DNA of 64,000 nucleotides from contig OZ242351.1 in the NCBI GenBank assembly GCA_965208675.1, forward strand, positions 3,392,001 to 3,456,000. The letters are read 5' to 3'. Position numbers and translations under genes: made by a program. Position 1 is the first letter of the stretch. Every line of letters begins with the position of its first letter. The notes beneath the pieces are model-generated. The model did no database searches. It had not been told where the DNA came from and was given only the letters and a program-made list of their open reading frames with translations. Source of the stretch: Candidatus Poribacteria bacterium (GTDB lineage Bacteria > Poribacteria > WGA-4E > PCPOR2b). Below, in pieces: positions 9,859 to 19,968 of this stretch.

Positions 9859-10593
9859 ATGATTGCTATGGAAAACGTGGAGAAGTCAACGAAGCGGGCG
9901 GTTATATTCGATCTCTACGAGACGCTAATCACTGAAAATCACCCGGAATGGCATGCGGAGGCGCCAACCCCGGGCAAGCGGCTCGGTTTATCTCAAGAGG
10001 ATTTTGAACGTGAGTGGTTTGCGCGGTACCAAGCGCGAATGACTGGGAAGTTTCAGTGCTACCGCGACGTGTTGAGGGAAATATGCTGTGCTTGCCAAAT
10101 TGCTCCGCCTGAAGAAGAAATCTCCCTGATGCAAGCGGAGAGATTGGCTGCGAAGGCTCGGCCGTTTGAACGATTGGATCCGCTGGTTGTTGAAACGTTG
10201 TATAAGTTAAAAACGTCAGGATATCGTATTGGGCTTATCTCAAATTGCGGATATGATGAAATGGCGACATGGGATTCCACCGAGCTTGCGGTTCAGGTTG
10301 ACGCGCCAGTTTTCTCGTGTGTAGAAGGGGTAACTAAACCGAACCCTGCAATTTACGAACTGGCATGCGAGAGGTTGGGCGTCGACAATAGTGCTGCGGT
10401 TTATGTGGGTGACGGCGGGAGCGATGAGTTGCGCGGTGCGGATACGGCAGGACTGACGGCGATCTGGGCGACGTGGTACATTGAGAAATGGCCGTGGGAC
10501 TGGGTGGGATATGCAGCCAAAACGTCAGATGCCTTTCCTCGATGCCGGCGAATTTGCGATTTGCCTGCCCTTGTAGATGGCATGTACACTTGA
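9859..10593 (+). CDS. HAD-family hydrolase
   Basis: FDLYETL motif I, ISN motif II, KP motif III, VGDG..DE..GA motif IV; start approximate. Confidence 0.9.
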   Translation: MIAMENVEKSTKRAVIFDLYETLITENHPEWHAEAPTPGKRLGLSQEDFEREWFARYQARMTGKFQCYRDVLREICCACQIAPPEEEISLMQAERLAAKARPFERLDPLVVETLYKLKTSGYRIGLISNCGYDEMATWDSTELAVQVDAPVFSCVEGVTKPNPAIYELACERLGVDNSAAVYVGDGGSDELRGADTAGLTAIWATWYIEKWPWDWVGYAAKTSDAFPRCRRICDLPALVDGMYT

Positions 10594-10756
10594 AGGATTC
10601 AAGCACCGGAGAAGCGTTCGTTAGAACCACCGAAAGCGTCCGGTAGGGCGATTCGCTTTTATCTAAGATCTATTGCAATCGTATTCGGCACGATTATTGC
10701 GTAGATTTGCAAAATAGTTCGCCGTATCTGTTATCATCGGCGTTGAAAATTAACTA

Positions 10757-10957
10757 GGGCGTGTTGACATTTGGCATCCCGTAGGTTGAATTGAACGGTT
10801 GAACGGCAGTCCCTATCAAGTATAAGGGAATCTTTTGTAACAAAATCTGTTAGATTGTGATCCGAGCCCGCAAACTAACAGTTTGCGCTACTTACATCAG
10901 ATTATCCAATGGAGACAACGTTTGCCGAATCAGTAGCCTCAAAATGTCAACAGAACC
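10757..10957. mobile_element. IS5-type MITE (about 201 bp)
   Basis: TIRs GGGCGTGTTGACATTT / AAATGTCAACAGAACC, flanked by TA within CTAG on both sides. Confidence 0.7.
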
Positions 10958-11003
10958 TAGAAAGAATAAGAGCTCTTGGTCATAACATCCGAGAGGAAGC
11001 ACG

Positions 11004-12662
11004 ATGCGCCTAAATCGACACAGCCTCTTTTTTCCCGCGGTGACGCTGACCGTGTTGACAATCACGCTCACCGTGATTTTAGCCATCTCCACATACCGGA
11101 ACCTGCATCGTGAGCGAAGCCAGATGGAGGAATCAATCACGCGGGAGGGAGCCGCACTGCTGCGCCTGTTTGAAACCGTGCTTCGCAGCCGGGATTATGG
11201 AAGCAGGGAAAGAGTTGCCGAAGTCCAACAGATGGTATCTGCCGCGGCGCCGAACGAGAATATCGCCTACATTTATATGTTTAATCAACAGGGACAGATT
11301 TTGGCGCATACCAATCCCGAAATGGTTGGAAGACTTATTGACGGCGACATTCCACAAAGTTCCAAGAATCCGTTGCTGCGGAAACATGATTCCGCAGAAC
11401 ATCTCTTTGAGGTTCGAAGTGGTTTTCACACCGTTCCATCTGAACAGTCTCCCACCCACTATCTCGGAATCGGCCTTGAGATGGGTACGCTTGAGCGGGC
11501 GCATCATGAAGACCGCCGGCACACCATGATGATGGCTGCCATGCTCATCCTGTTAGGTTCAGGCTCGCTGTTCTTTATTCTTGTGGTGCAGAATTTCCAC
11601 CTCGTCCAGCGCACGCTCAATCAGATGAAAAGTTATATTCACTACGTTGTGGAGAGCATGGCGAACGGCTTGATTTCGCTCGATGCTAACGGCGCAGTGA
11701 CCACAATCAACCGAGCGGCTCAAGAACTTGTCGGTATATCAGAAACGGAGTCGAAATCGCTTGAGATTGATAGACTTTTACCTCCGCACGCGACCGAGAT
11801 TCAGGAGGTGCTTGAACATAATCACACTATCCTCAACAAAGAGATTGTATTGAAACACCGTGGCGGCCTCGCCATTCCTGTGAACCTGAGCGCAACTCAG
11901 GTGAAAGATGAGGGCGGATCCAAGCTGGGCGTGGTGGTGCTGCTGCATGACATGCGTGAGATGGTGGAGTTGCAGGAGCGAGCCAAACGCGCCGAGCATC
12001 TGGCGTCCATAGGCAGAATGGCAGCGACGGTTGCGCATGAGGTTCGGAATCCGCTCTCTTCGATTCGAGGGTTTGCCCAATTTTTCGCGAATCTCTTTCA
12101 GGAAAAAACAGAGGAACGCACCTACGCGTTGGCAATGATGAAAGAGTCGAACCGCTTGAACCGTGTGGTTTCGGAACTGTTGGATTACGCGCGGCCGCTG
12201 GAATTGAAGATTGAATCGACCTCAATCGAGACACTATTTCACGATGTCGTCCGGCGGCTTGAGCTGGAAAAGTCAGACTCCCGCGTTGAGGTTATTCAGG
12301 AGATACAACCCGATATGCCGGAATTGCAGCTTGACTCTGACCGGATGCTTCAGGTGTTGCACAATCTTATGCAAAACAGCATTGACGCCATGCCCGACGG
12401 CGGCAAGCTAGTTCTATCCGCCAGGTGGGACACAGAACGAAAGTGCGTCCAGATTGGCGTACGGGACACGGGAGACGGCATTTCGCAAGCCGATATGCCG
12501 AGATTGTTTGAGCCTTTTTTCACAACGAAAGCACGCGGGGCCGGACTTGGGCTTGCCGTCGTGCGAAAAATCGTGGATGCGCAAGATGGTGAAGTGGACG
12601 TTAAAAGTGAAGAGGGCGTTGGAACAGACGTGATTTTAACCCTGCCGCAAAAGGAGACATAG
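11004..12662 (+). CDS. PAS-domain sensor histidine kinase (ZraS/HydH/NtrB-like)
   Basis: Two TMs, PAS, AHEVRNPL H-box, N, G1 (DTGDG), F (FEPFFTT) and G2 (GLGL) boxes. Confidence 0.95.
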   Translation: MRLNRHSLFFPAVTLTVLTITLTVILAISTYRNLHRERSQMEESITREGAALLRLFETVLRSRDYGSRERVAEVQQMVSAAAPNENIAYIYMFNQQGQILAHTNPEMVGRLIDGDIPQSSKNPLLRKHDSAEHLFEVRSGFHTVPSEQSPTHYLGIGLEMGTLERAHHEDRRHTMMMAAMLILLGSGSLFFILVVQNFHLVQRTLNQMKSYIHYVVESMANGLISLDANGAVTTINRAAQELVGISETESKSLEIDRLLPPHATEIQEVLEHNHTILNKEIVLKHRGGLAIPVNLSATQVKDEGGSKLGVVVLLHDMREMVELQERAKRAEHLASIGRMAATVAHEVRNPLSSIRGFAQFFANLFQEKTEERTYALAMMKESNRLNRVVSELLDYARPLELKIESTSIETLFHDVVRRLELEKSDSRVEVIQEIQPDMPELQLDSDRMLQVLHNLMQNSIDAMPDGGKLVLSARWDTERKCVQIGVRDTGDGISQADMPRLFEPFFTTKARGAGLGLAVVRKIVDAQDGEVDVKSEEGVGTDVILTLPQKET

Positions 12663-12678
12663 AAAGGGGTACTTCAGC

Positions 12679-14034
12679 GTGCGGTTAAAGATTCTTATCG
12701 TTGACGACGAGCCGTCTCATCGATTGATGCTATTTGCCCATCTCAAATCGGATTACGATGTCTCAGAGGCATCTGACGGTTTTCAGGCGGTGGAAGCGGT
12801 AAAACTGCAGTTCTACGATTTGGTGATTATGGACATTCGCATGCCGGGTATGGATGGTTTAGCGGCGCTTCGACAGATTAAAGCGATTAGCCCGGGAATT
12901 GTTGTGTTTATCATGACCGCGTTCCAGTCTGTGGAGACCGCACGGGAAGCGCTGCGACAGGGTGCGAGCGACTACATCGTCAAACCGGTTGATGCGGAAG
13001 AGCTATTAGGAAATATCAAGCGCGAGTTCTCTTACCGCGACCTGCAACGCGAGAATACACTGCTGAAAGAGCGTCTGGATGAGCAGTTCACCGATTCCAA
13101 CATTATTGCGCGAAGTGCTATGATGCGGGAAGTGCTGCAGAGCGTTGGGTTAATTGCGCCCTCGGATGCGACGGTGCTCATTCTCGGCGAGAGCGGCACC
13201 GGCAAAGAGCTAATTGCCAATCTAATCCATGCGCGAAGTCCTCGCGCAAAAAAGCCGTTCATCAAGATAAACTGCGCTGCGCTCACGGAGACACTGTTGG
13301 AGAGTGAGTTGTTTGGCCATGAGAAAGGATCTTTTACCGGCGCAACTGGACGGAAGCTGGGACGATTTGAGTTAGCAGATGGCGGCTCGCTCTTTCTCGA
13401 CGAGGTGGGGGAGATGAGTCAAACCACCCAAGTCAAGCTGTTACGCGTCCTTCAAGAGCAGCAATTTGAGCGGGTTGGCGGTACGGAGCCGATAACCGTT
13501 GATATTCGAATCATCACGGCGACGAATAAGGACATCTTGGAAGAGGTGAAGGCGAATCGGTTCCGTGAAGACCTGTACTATCGACTCAACGTTGTCCCGG
13601 TTCAGCTTCCGTCGTTAAGAGAGCGGCGCGAAGACATCCCGCCGTTGGCTGTGTATTTTCTTGATTTCTATTCAGAGAAAAACCAGCGCGGATTCATGAA
13701 AATCCTGCCCGACGCGCTTGATGCAATGATGCGCTACGATTGGCCCGGAAATGTGCGCGAACTCGAAAACACCATCGAACGCGGCGTTATCATCGCACGC
13801 TCGGAACACCTAACCACGGAGGAACTCCCGCCGAATATCCGTAAAATCGCCGAATCGGAAACCGGTTACGATTCCGATGTGACGGTTGGCGGTACGATAA
13901 AAGACATGGAGAAGGAATTCATTGCTCGAACACTGGTTTCTGTCGCTGGAAATCGTACCCATGCCGCTAAAATCTTAGGAATTACGCGCAAAACTTTACA
14001 GAACAAGATGCGCGAGTACAACCTCGACCTCTGA
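12679..14034 (+). CDS. sigma54-dependent response regulator (ZraR/HydG/NtrC family)
   Basis: Receiver domain, GESGTGKE, GSFTGA loop, WPGNVRELEN, Fis-type HTH. Confidence 0.97.
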   Translation: MRLKILIVDDEPSHRLMLFAHLKSDYDVSEASDGFQAVEAVKLQFYDLVIMDIRMPGMDGLAALRQIKAISPGIVVFIMTAFQSVETAREALRQGASDYIVKPVDAEELLGNIKREFSYRDLQRENTLLKERLDEQFTDSNIIARSAMMREVLQSVGLIAPSDATVLILGESGTGKELIANLIHARSPRAKKPFIKINCAALTETLLESELFGHEKGSFTGATGRKLGRFELADGGSLFLDEVGEMSQTTQVKLLRVLQEQQFERVGGTEPITVDIRIITATNKDILEEVKANRFREDLYYRLNVVPVQLPSLRERREDIPPLAVYFLDFYSEKNQRGFMKILPDALDAMMRYDWPGNVRELENTIERGVIIARSEHLTTEELPPNIRKIAESETGYDSDVTVGGTIKDMEKEFIARTLVSVAGNRTHAAKILGITRKTLQNKMREYNLDL

Positions 14035-14081
14035 TCTGAATCAACCACCGTTTATCAACCCTCATCTCTCCAATTTTTCCT

Positions 14082-14135
14082 CGCCTGTATAAAAAGTATC
14101 CAGTCTCACACTCCCGCCTGCGTAAAAAATACCCA
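14082..14135 (+). promoter_or_regulatory. Tandem upstream activator sites for the sigma54 activator
   Basis: CGCCTGTATAAAAAGTATCCA (14082-14102) and CGCCTGCGTAAAAAATACCCA (14115-14135), 33 bp apart, 140-190 bp upstream of the -24 box. Confidence 0.65.
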
Positions 14136-14272
14136 CTCACTGGTATACTTCTTCAATCTCCGCATAATTATTTGCTGAAATGCGAGATATGGCGTGAGTG
14201 TGCGCTTTATCCAGTATTTTGGGCGAATCCAAGTGGCTTGGTTATAGGTCGTTTCATCCAATCGTAACGGGT

Positions 14273-14288
14273 TGGCATTTAACTTGCT
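14273..14288 (+). promoter_or_regulatory. sigma54 (-24/-12) promoter of the metal-efflux operon
   Basis: TGGCATTTAACTTGCT: GG-N10-GC, downstream of a sigma54 activator gene. Confidence 0.85.
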
Positions 14289-14381
14289 CTAAGTATGTTC
14301 GTATAAAAAATTGAAACAGGCATAAGGAGATCTCCCAGATTTTCTTTGTCCCCAAATCTGAAACGAAAAAAGGAGAAAATC

Positions 14382-15020
14382 GTGAAAAGGACAATCGTAC
14401 TCACAATCTCAATACTCGGTCTCGTTGTAGGACTCTTGGTTTCTACTTCCTCAATTCAGGCGGATAAGCGTTCACATGGGCATGATCATCATGCCGATAT
14501 GCACCACCACGGTGAGCACGCCAAGAAGAGCGGCAAGGCACGCTGTGCGATTGTTGGTATGATGATGAAAGCGTCCGCCATGACGGAAATGAGTCTTGAC
14601 GGAAAAACGTACTATTTCTGTAATGCGAAACAAGCCGAGATGTTCAAAGTCCATCCGGACAAATACCTCAAACAGACTTCGCTCGGTCATGCCACGGTCA
14701 ATCTGAATGTTTTGACAATTGATGAATACAAAGAGATAATGCAGGATTTGGGCATGGGCGGTATGATGAAGATGGACGCGATGAAGGGAAAAACGCACCG
14801 CATGAGCGTCTACATAACGCAACAAAATAAAGATCATGGCCAACCACTTGAGGGGGCTTACCTCGCATTGAAAATTACCGAATCCAACGGCAAGAAAACA
14901 ACCGTGCCGTTGTCTTACAACAAAATGATGAAAACTTATGACGCTTTTGCTGCCGTGCCAGCAGATGCAACCCTTCGGGTTCAAATGGTCATTACAACAC
15001 CTGAAATCAACGTTTCGTAG
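14382..15020 (+). CDS. Exported His/Met-rich YHS-domain metal-binding protein
   Basis: AGGAG SD before GTG; signal peptide; His-rich tract; DGKTYYFC...F...PDKY YHS motif. Confidence 0.8.
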   Translation: MKRTIVLTISILGLVVGLLVSTSSIQADKRSHGHDHHADMHHHGEHAKKSGKARCAIVGMMMKASAMTEMSLDGKTYYFCNAKQAEMFKVHPDKYLKQTSLGHATVNLNVLTIDEYKEIMQDLGMGGMMKMDAMKGKTHRMSVYITQQNKDHGQPLEGAYLALKITESNGKKTTVPLSYNKMMKTYDAFAAVPADATLRVQMVITTPEINVS

Positions 15021-15125
15021 TAAACTGATCAGATTCGCTGGTTCAAACCGGCATCGGGTTTGAACCGGCGGTTGGGTTTAATTACTTGAGTAAAACCCGT
15101 GAAAGTTTCTTTTATAGGAGCCGTT

Positions 15126-16457
15126 ATGATAAAGCGGATTTCAATGACTTGGCTATCGCTCCTGATGGTATGGGTGTTGCTTCAGGTCGAGTCTAGCGCT
15201 CAGGCGGAAGAGGCGGCATCGGCGGCAAAATCACTTCCTGAATCTGTCGAAGCGGCATTGGCTGACGGCATTAATTTGCCGACGCTGATTCGCCTCGCGG
15301 TCGAGCGCAACCCAAAGCTCAAAATCGCCCGAGCGAAGTGGCAGGCAACTATTGAGAAGTATCCGCAAGTGACAGCCCTGCCGGATCCGATGCTGATGTA
15401 CAGTTATTTCGCTCGGAGTGTGGAAACCCGTGTCGGACCGCAGCGGCACCGCGTCGGTTTTTCACAGGCGTTGCCATACCCCGGCACACTTGATGCCGCG
15501 GGGCGAGTGACGGTGAAGGAGATAGAAATTCGGCGGGTAAAATATGAGAAGGTTGTACGCGACGTGATTGTCGACTTGAAACTCAGCTACCACGAGTTGA
15601 CTTACCTTCAACGGGCGAGGCAGGTCACCCATCAGAATCAGCAATTGCTATCTCAGATATTAAACATTGCCACCACCCGCTACGCATCTAGTGAAGCAAC
15701 GCTAAATGATGTGCTAAAGGCGCAGAGCCAGTTGGCGCAACTGTCTTACGATCTGATTCTGTTGCGGGAATTGGAGGAGGTCGAAAAGGCGAACATCAAT
15801 GCGCTCATTAGCGTATCTTCGCAGACACCGTTGGGTCCGCCTGCCCCCGCGGCATACACTGCGCACGACATTCCAATCTCCGATTTGCAAACGAGGGTAT
15901 TGGCGGGGCAACAAGAATTACAAATCGCAGATTTAATGATACAGAAGGCTGATGAAGCCGTTGCGCTCGCCAAGCTGAAAACGAAGCCGCGTTTCAAACT
16001 CGATTTGATGACCGTCGAAACTGGCGAGGGGTTGATGCCGGATGCTATCGACAGCGGGAAAAATCCGATTTCCATCGGAGTCGGCATCTCGATTCCGTGG
16101 TCTTCTACAAAGAATCGCAGTCAGATACAAGAGGCGGAGTTGAACCGCTCTGCCGCCATCGAAAACAAACGGTCGATGGAAGACAGGACGTTAGCGAACC
16201 TGAGAAAGCTTTATTTCCGCCTGGAGAACGCACGGCGGTTGGTTGACCTTTACCAAGATAGCCTCATTCCACAAGCCGAGGGTGCAATAGAAGTTGCTGA
16301 AACATGGCATCAGGAAGGTACAAAAAGTATCGCGGGATTTCTTGAAACGCAGAGCGTTTGGCTAAACTTTAACCTGGCGCGGCTTCGCGCTATCACCGAC
16401 TATCAGCAGAGCCTTGCACGGTTGGAACGGCTGATTGGAGGGAGTATATCGCCATGA
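15126..16457 (+). CDS. TolC-family outer membrane efflux protein 1
   Basis: Signal peptide; A..RNP.L, ALPDP, SQ.LPYPG and LERLIG motifs. Confidence 0.9.
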   Translation: MIKRISMTWLSLLMVWVLLQVESSAQAEEAASAAKSLPESVEAALADGINLPTLIRLAVERNPKLKIARAKWQATIEKYPQVTALPDPMLMYSYFARSVETRVGPQRHRVGFSQALPYPGTLDAAGRVTVKEIEIRRVKYEKVVRDVIVDLKLSYHELTYLQRARQVTHQNQQLLSQILNIATTRYASSEATLNDVLKAQSQLAQLSYDLILLRELEEVEKANINALISVSSQTPLGPPAPAAYTAHDIPISDLQTRVLAGQQELQIADLMIQKADEAVALAKLKTKPRFKLDLMTVETGEGLMPDAIDSGKNPISIGVGISIPWSSTKNRSQIQEAELNRSAAIENKRSMEDRTLANLRKLYFRLENARRLVDLYQDSLIPQAEGAIEVAETWHQEGTKSIAGFLETQSVWLNFNLARLRAITDYQQSLARLERLIGGSISP

Positions 16458-17992
16458 AGCATCTCATGATACTCCTTTCCATATTTCTCTTTTCGTGTGC
16501 GAGTGGACGGGAGGCGACCTATCAAGACCTACTGACGCAATTTGAGGATGCGCCGACCCCCAAATACTATCGGACTGAAATTGCGATGGACAAGCCCAAG
16601 GCGGATACTGATGAACACCCCGAAGAAGACGCTTTCTTGACTGAAGTGGGGGCGAAAGTGCTGAAATTTCAGAGAGAATTTCAAGCGCAATTAGAAAGCG
16701 AAACGCCGATTCCGGAACCGTACTACGACTTTTCGGTGCCGCAGATGAAAGCGTATCGGGAACTCGCAACGGAGGCGGGGAAGGCTGAGGCGAGATTGGC
16801 AGAATCGGTGAATCTTGAGTTGTTATTGGGGATTGGATATGAGTGGAGCCCCGCCATTAAAGCCGCCCGCAAAAAGATGAGAGCCACCCTCGAGCAGTAT
16901 CCCCAAGCGGTATATCTGGACAACGTGTTACGGCAGTACAACGCCTTTACAAAGCAGCTAGACACGAAAATCGGTCAACCTCGCCATAAAGAGATGGTGG
17001 CGATGAATTTTCCATTCCCGGACATGCTGGCGCTGAAAGGGCAAATCGTCACCGAAGATGTTCAAATCGCCCAAAGGGAAATTGATATTGCACTTCGAGA
17101 TTTGGTGACAGATATCAAATTGGCGTATTATGACTACCTCTACCTCAACGAAGCCATTGAGATCAATCGAGAAAACCAAGAACTGCTTCGGCAGATGATT
17201 CAGATTGCTCAGGCTAAGTTTCGCGCCGGCATCGGAAAATATCACAGTGTAATCATGGCGCAAGTGGAGTTTTCCAAACTTTCCGACTCAATCATCACAT
17301 TAGAAGAACGGCGTGAAACTGTCATCGCTCGAATCAACACCTTATTGAATCGCCCCGCCGATGCGACGCTGGGGGAGCCGTTGCCCCTAGCATATGAGGA
17401 TGTTGCCCAACCGTTGGGCGAGCTATACGCCCTCGCACTTAGGTCTCGGCAGGAAATTCAGAAACAGAAACTGGTGATTAGTAAAATGAACCTCATAATA
17501 CAGCTGGCGGGAGAAATGGCGTATCCTGACGCATCGCTCGGTACAAGCTACTTTGAGAACCGGATGAAGTTATCGCCAACCTTTTCTACGCAGCGCACGC
17601 TGAATCCGAAGCATTCAGCGTCGTTTGCACAGAAAGACGCATATATTCGGGAAGTCGAGATTAAGGCAGATGCAATGCAGCAGAAGCTTGTCGAACTTGA
17701 GAACAACACGCGATTTTCAGTAAAGAAGCACCATTTCGGGATGGAGACTGCTGATCGCAGCATTGCATTATACCGCACAACACTGTTGCCGCAGGCGCGG
17801 AGCGCTTTGGAAGCGGCGAACACGGCTTATCAAGCTGCGCAGGTTGATTTCATTAGCTTTCTTGACGCCCAGCGCACGCTGTTAAAATTTCGTCTCGGAG
17901 AACAGCGGGCGTTCCGCGACCATCGTCAACATTTGGCACAGTTAGAACAAGCGGTCGGACAAGTGTTGCCAAAACAGACTATGGAGGAGTAG
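16454..17992 (+). CDS. TolC-family outer membrane efflux protein 2 (probable lipoprotein)
   Basis: Lipobox-like LFSC; OEP repeats; LEQAVG C-terminal motif; ATGA overlap with the previous gene. Confidence 0.85.
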   Translation: MKHLMILLSIFLFSCASGREATYQDLLTQFEDAPTPKYYRTEIAMDKPKADTDEHPEEDAFLTEVGAKVLKFQREFQAQLESETPIPEPYYDFSVPQMKAYRELATEAGKAEARLAESVNLELLLGIGYEWSPAIKAARKKMRATLEQYPQAVYLDNVLRQYNAFTKQLDTKIGQPRHKEMVAMNFPFPDMLALKGQIVTEDVQIAQREIDIALRDLVTDIKLAYYDYLYLNEAIEINRENQELLRQMIQIAQAKFRAGIGKYHSVIMAQVEFSKLSDSIITLEERRETVIARINTLLNRPADATLGEPLPLAYEDVAQPLGELYALALRSRQEIQKQKLVISKMNLIIQLAGEMAYPDASLGTSYFENRMKLSPTFSTQRTLNPKHSASFAQKDAYIREVEIKADAMQQKLVELENNTRFSVKKHHFGMETADRSIALYRTTLLPQARSALEAANTAYQAAQVDFISFLDAQRTLLKFRLGEQRAFRDHRQHLAQLEQAVGQVLPKQTMEE

Positions 17993-17995
17993 ACC

Positions 17996-19942
17996 ATGAT
18001 TCAGAACATCAATCGGAATACGATAATTTTTCCTCTGTTGCTGCTGACAATCGGTTTTGTTGCGGGGTGCGGAAGGACCGATTCCGCCGAAGAACACACA
18101 GCGGAAAAGACTATGGAAGGCATGGTGCAGCATGCGGAACATTCAGAACATGCAGAACACGGTCTCGTCCCTGTCACTTCGGCGGATGGGGAGAAAATTA
18201 GGTACTGGACATGCGTGATGCACCCATCGGTGAAGATGCCCGTTGAAGGGGATTGCCCCGTGTGTAAAATGGATTTAATTCCGGTTTACGAAGGCGTCGG
18301 ACTGACACTTACCGAGAGGCAGAAATCGCTGATTCCGGTTCGCACCGAATCGGTTGAATTTCGCAATCTTAACCGCGAAATCCGGACTGTGGGTGTATTG
18401 GACTACAACGAAACACGTATGGCGTATGCTTCGACCCGAATATCTGGCTGGATTGAAGATCTGCATGTTGACTTCACCGGTATCAATGTCCGTGAAGGCG
18501 ATGAACTCCTTACGATTTATAGCCCGGAACTGTTAGCGGCACAGGAGGAATATCTCACGGCGTTGAAGAGTGTGGATGAATTAAAGGATACACAATACGC
18601 CGAATTAAAACGTACTGTTGAACAGACGCTTTCTGCGGCGAAATCCAAGCTGGAACTGTTCGGATTGACTCCGGAACAGATTGATGACATCCGTGACCAC
18701 GGTGAGGCACGGACGACACTGCCGCTGTATGCGCCTAGCGGCGGAACAGTCATCCACATGAACGTTTACAAGGGGCAACATGTGAAGAGCGGCACAAACC
18801 TGTATCGCATTGCGGATCTGAAAAGCCTGTGGATCATCGCGGATATCTACGAATACGAACTGCCGTGGGTCTATATGGGACAAGATGTCGAGATTACGGC
18901 GCAGTCAATGCCTGACCAAACATTTCATGGGAAAGTCAACTATATCTATCCATACTTTGATGCGCCAACTCGAACGCAGAAAGTCCACATTGAAGTGCCA
19001 AACCCGGACGGACAGTTGCGGCCGGGGATGTATGTCACCCTCCGGCTGAAGCCCACACTAGCGGAAATCTACGCTCGTGAGGCTCAACCCAAAGCTGCGT
19101 ATGCGTGTCCAATGCACCCATGGATAACTTCCGAGATGCCTAGCGATTGCGACATCTGCGGAATGGATCTTGAATCAACGCGCCCTGAAGCGGCTGCCTC
19201 AGGACCGATGGAATCCGTTTGGACCTGCCCGATGCATCCGCAGATAAAACAGTCCGAGTTCGGTGAATGCGACATCTGCGGAATGGACTTAATCGAAAAA
19301 CAGGTGCCAGTGGAGGCGCATGCCCATGCCGGTCATAGCCACTCCGATATGAAATCATCGCGTGAAAGTGCGACGCAAGAGAAGTGGGTTTGCCCGATGC
19401 ATCCCGAAGTTCAAGCGGATGAAATGATAGAATGCGACATCTGCGGAATGGATTTGGTTAAGGACACGGTTCCAGCAGAATCAACCGCCCATGAAGGCGT
19501 GACTTCTGTGCCGCAGGATCCTCCGCTGGTTTTCAAGTACGCTTGTCCCGACCACCCCGACCAGTATGCGACACTGCCGGACAGATGTTCTATAGACGGC
19601 AAACCCCTTGTGATGACAGGAGAGGTCTTAGCGGTGCCTAAGAGCGCCGTTATTGACACCGGGTTACGGAAGATAGTCTTCATCGACCGGGGTGAATCTG
19701 GCTACGAGTTGCTTGAAGTCGAGTTGGGGCCAGAAGCATGGGCGGAGGTTGAACACAACGGCCGGGCGACCAAACGGCGATTTTATCCCGTCATTAAGGG
19801 GTTGAATCCCGGGGATATAGTGGTTACGAATGGGAACTACCTTCTCGATTCACAAACGCAATTAACCGGTTCAGCGGCGGGTGCGTATGGCGGTGCGCTC
19901 GGCGGAGAAGAAGGATCAAGCGCACCATCGCATCGGCATTGA
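17996..19942 (+). CDS. cusB: CusB-type RND periplasmic adaptor with five heavy-metal-binding domains
   Basis: GWIEDL, YSPELLAAQEEY and LRPGMY motifs; repeated CxMHP/CPDHP...C..C(GM)DL modules. Confidence 0.9.
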   Translation: MIQNINRNTIIFPLLLLTIGFVAGCGRTDSAEEHTAEKTMEGMVQHAEHSEHAEHGLVPVTSADGEKIRYWTCVMHPSVKMPVEGDCPVCKMDLIPVYEGVGLTLTERQKSLIPVRTESVEFRNLNREIRTVGVLDYNETRMAYASTRISGWIEDLHVDFTGINVREGDELLTIYSPELLAAQEEYLTALKSVDELKDTQYAELKRTVEQTLSAAKSKLELFGLTPEQIDDIRDHGEARTTLPLYAPSGGTVIHMNVYKGQHVKSGTNLYRIADLKSLWIIADIYEYELPWVYMGQDVEITAQSMPDQTFHGKVNYIYPYFDAPTRTQKVHIEVPNPDGQLRPGMYVTLRLKPTLAEIYAREAQPKAAYACPMHPWITSEMPSDCDICGMDLESTRPEAAASGPMESVWTCPMHPQIKQSEFGECDICGMDLIEKQVPVEAHAHAGHSHSDMKSSRESATQEKWVCPMHPEVQADEMIECDICGMDLVKDTVPAESTAHEGVTSVPQDPPLVFKYACPDHPDQYATLPDRCSIDGKPLVMTGEVLAVPKSAVIDTGLRKIVFIDRGESGYELLEVELGPEAWAEVEHNGRATKRRFYPVIKGLNPGDIVVTNGNYLLDSQTQLTGSAAGAYGGALGGEEGSSAPSHRH

Positions 19943-19968
19943 TGCCAGTCAGTCTTCAGGAAAGTGCT

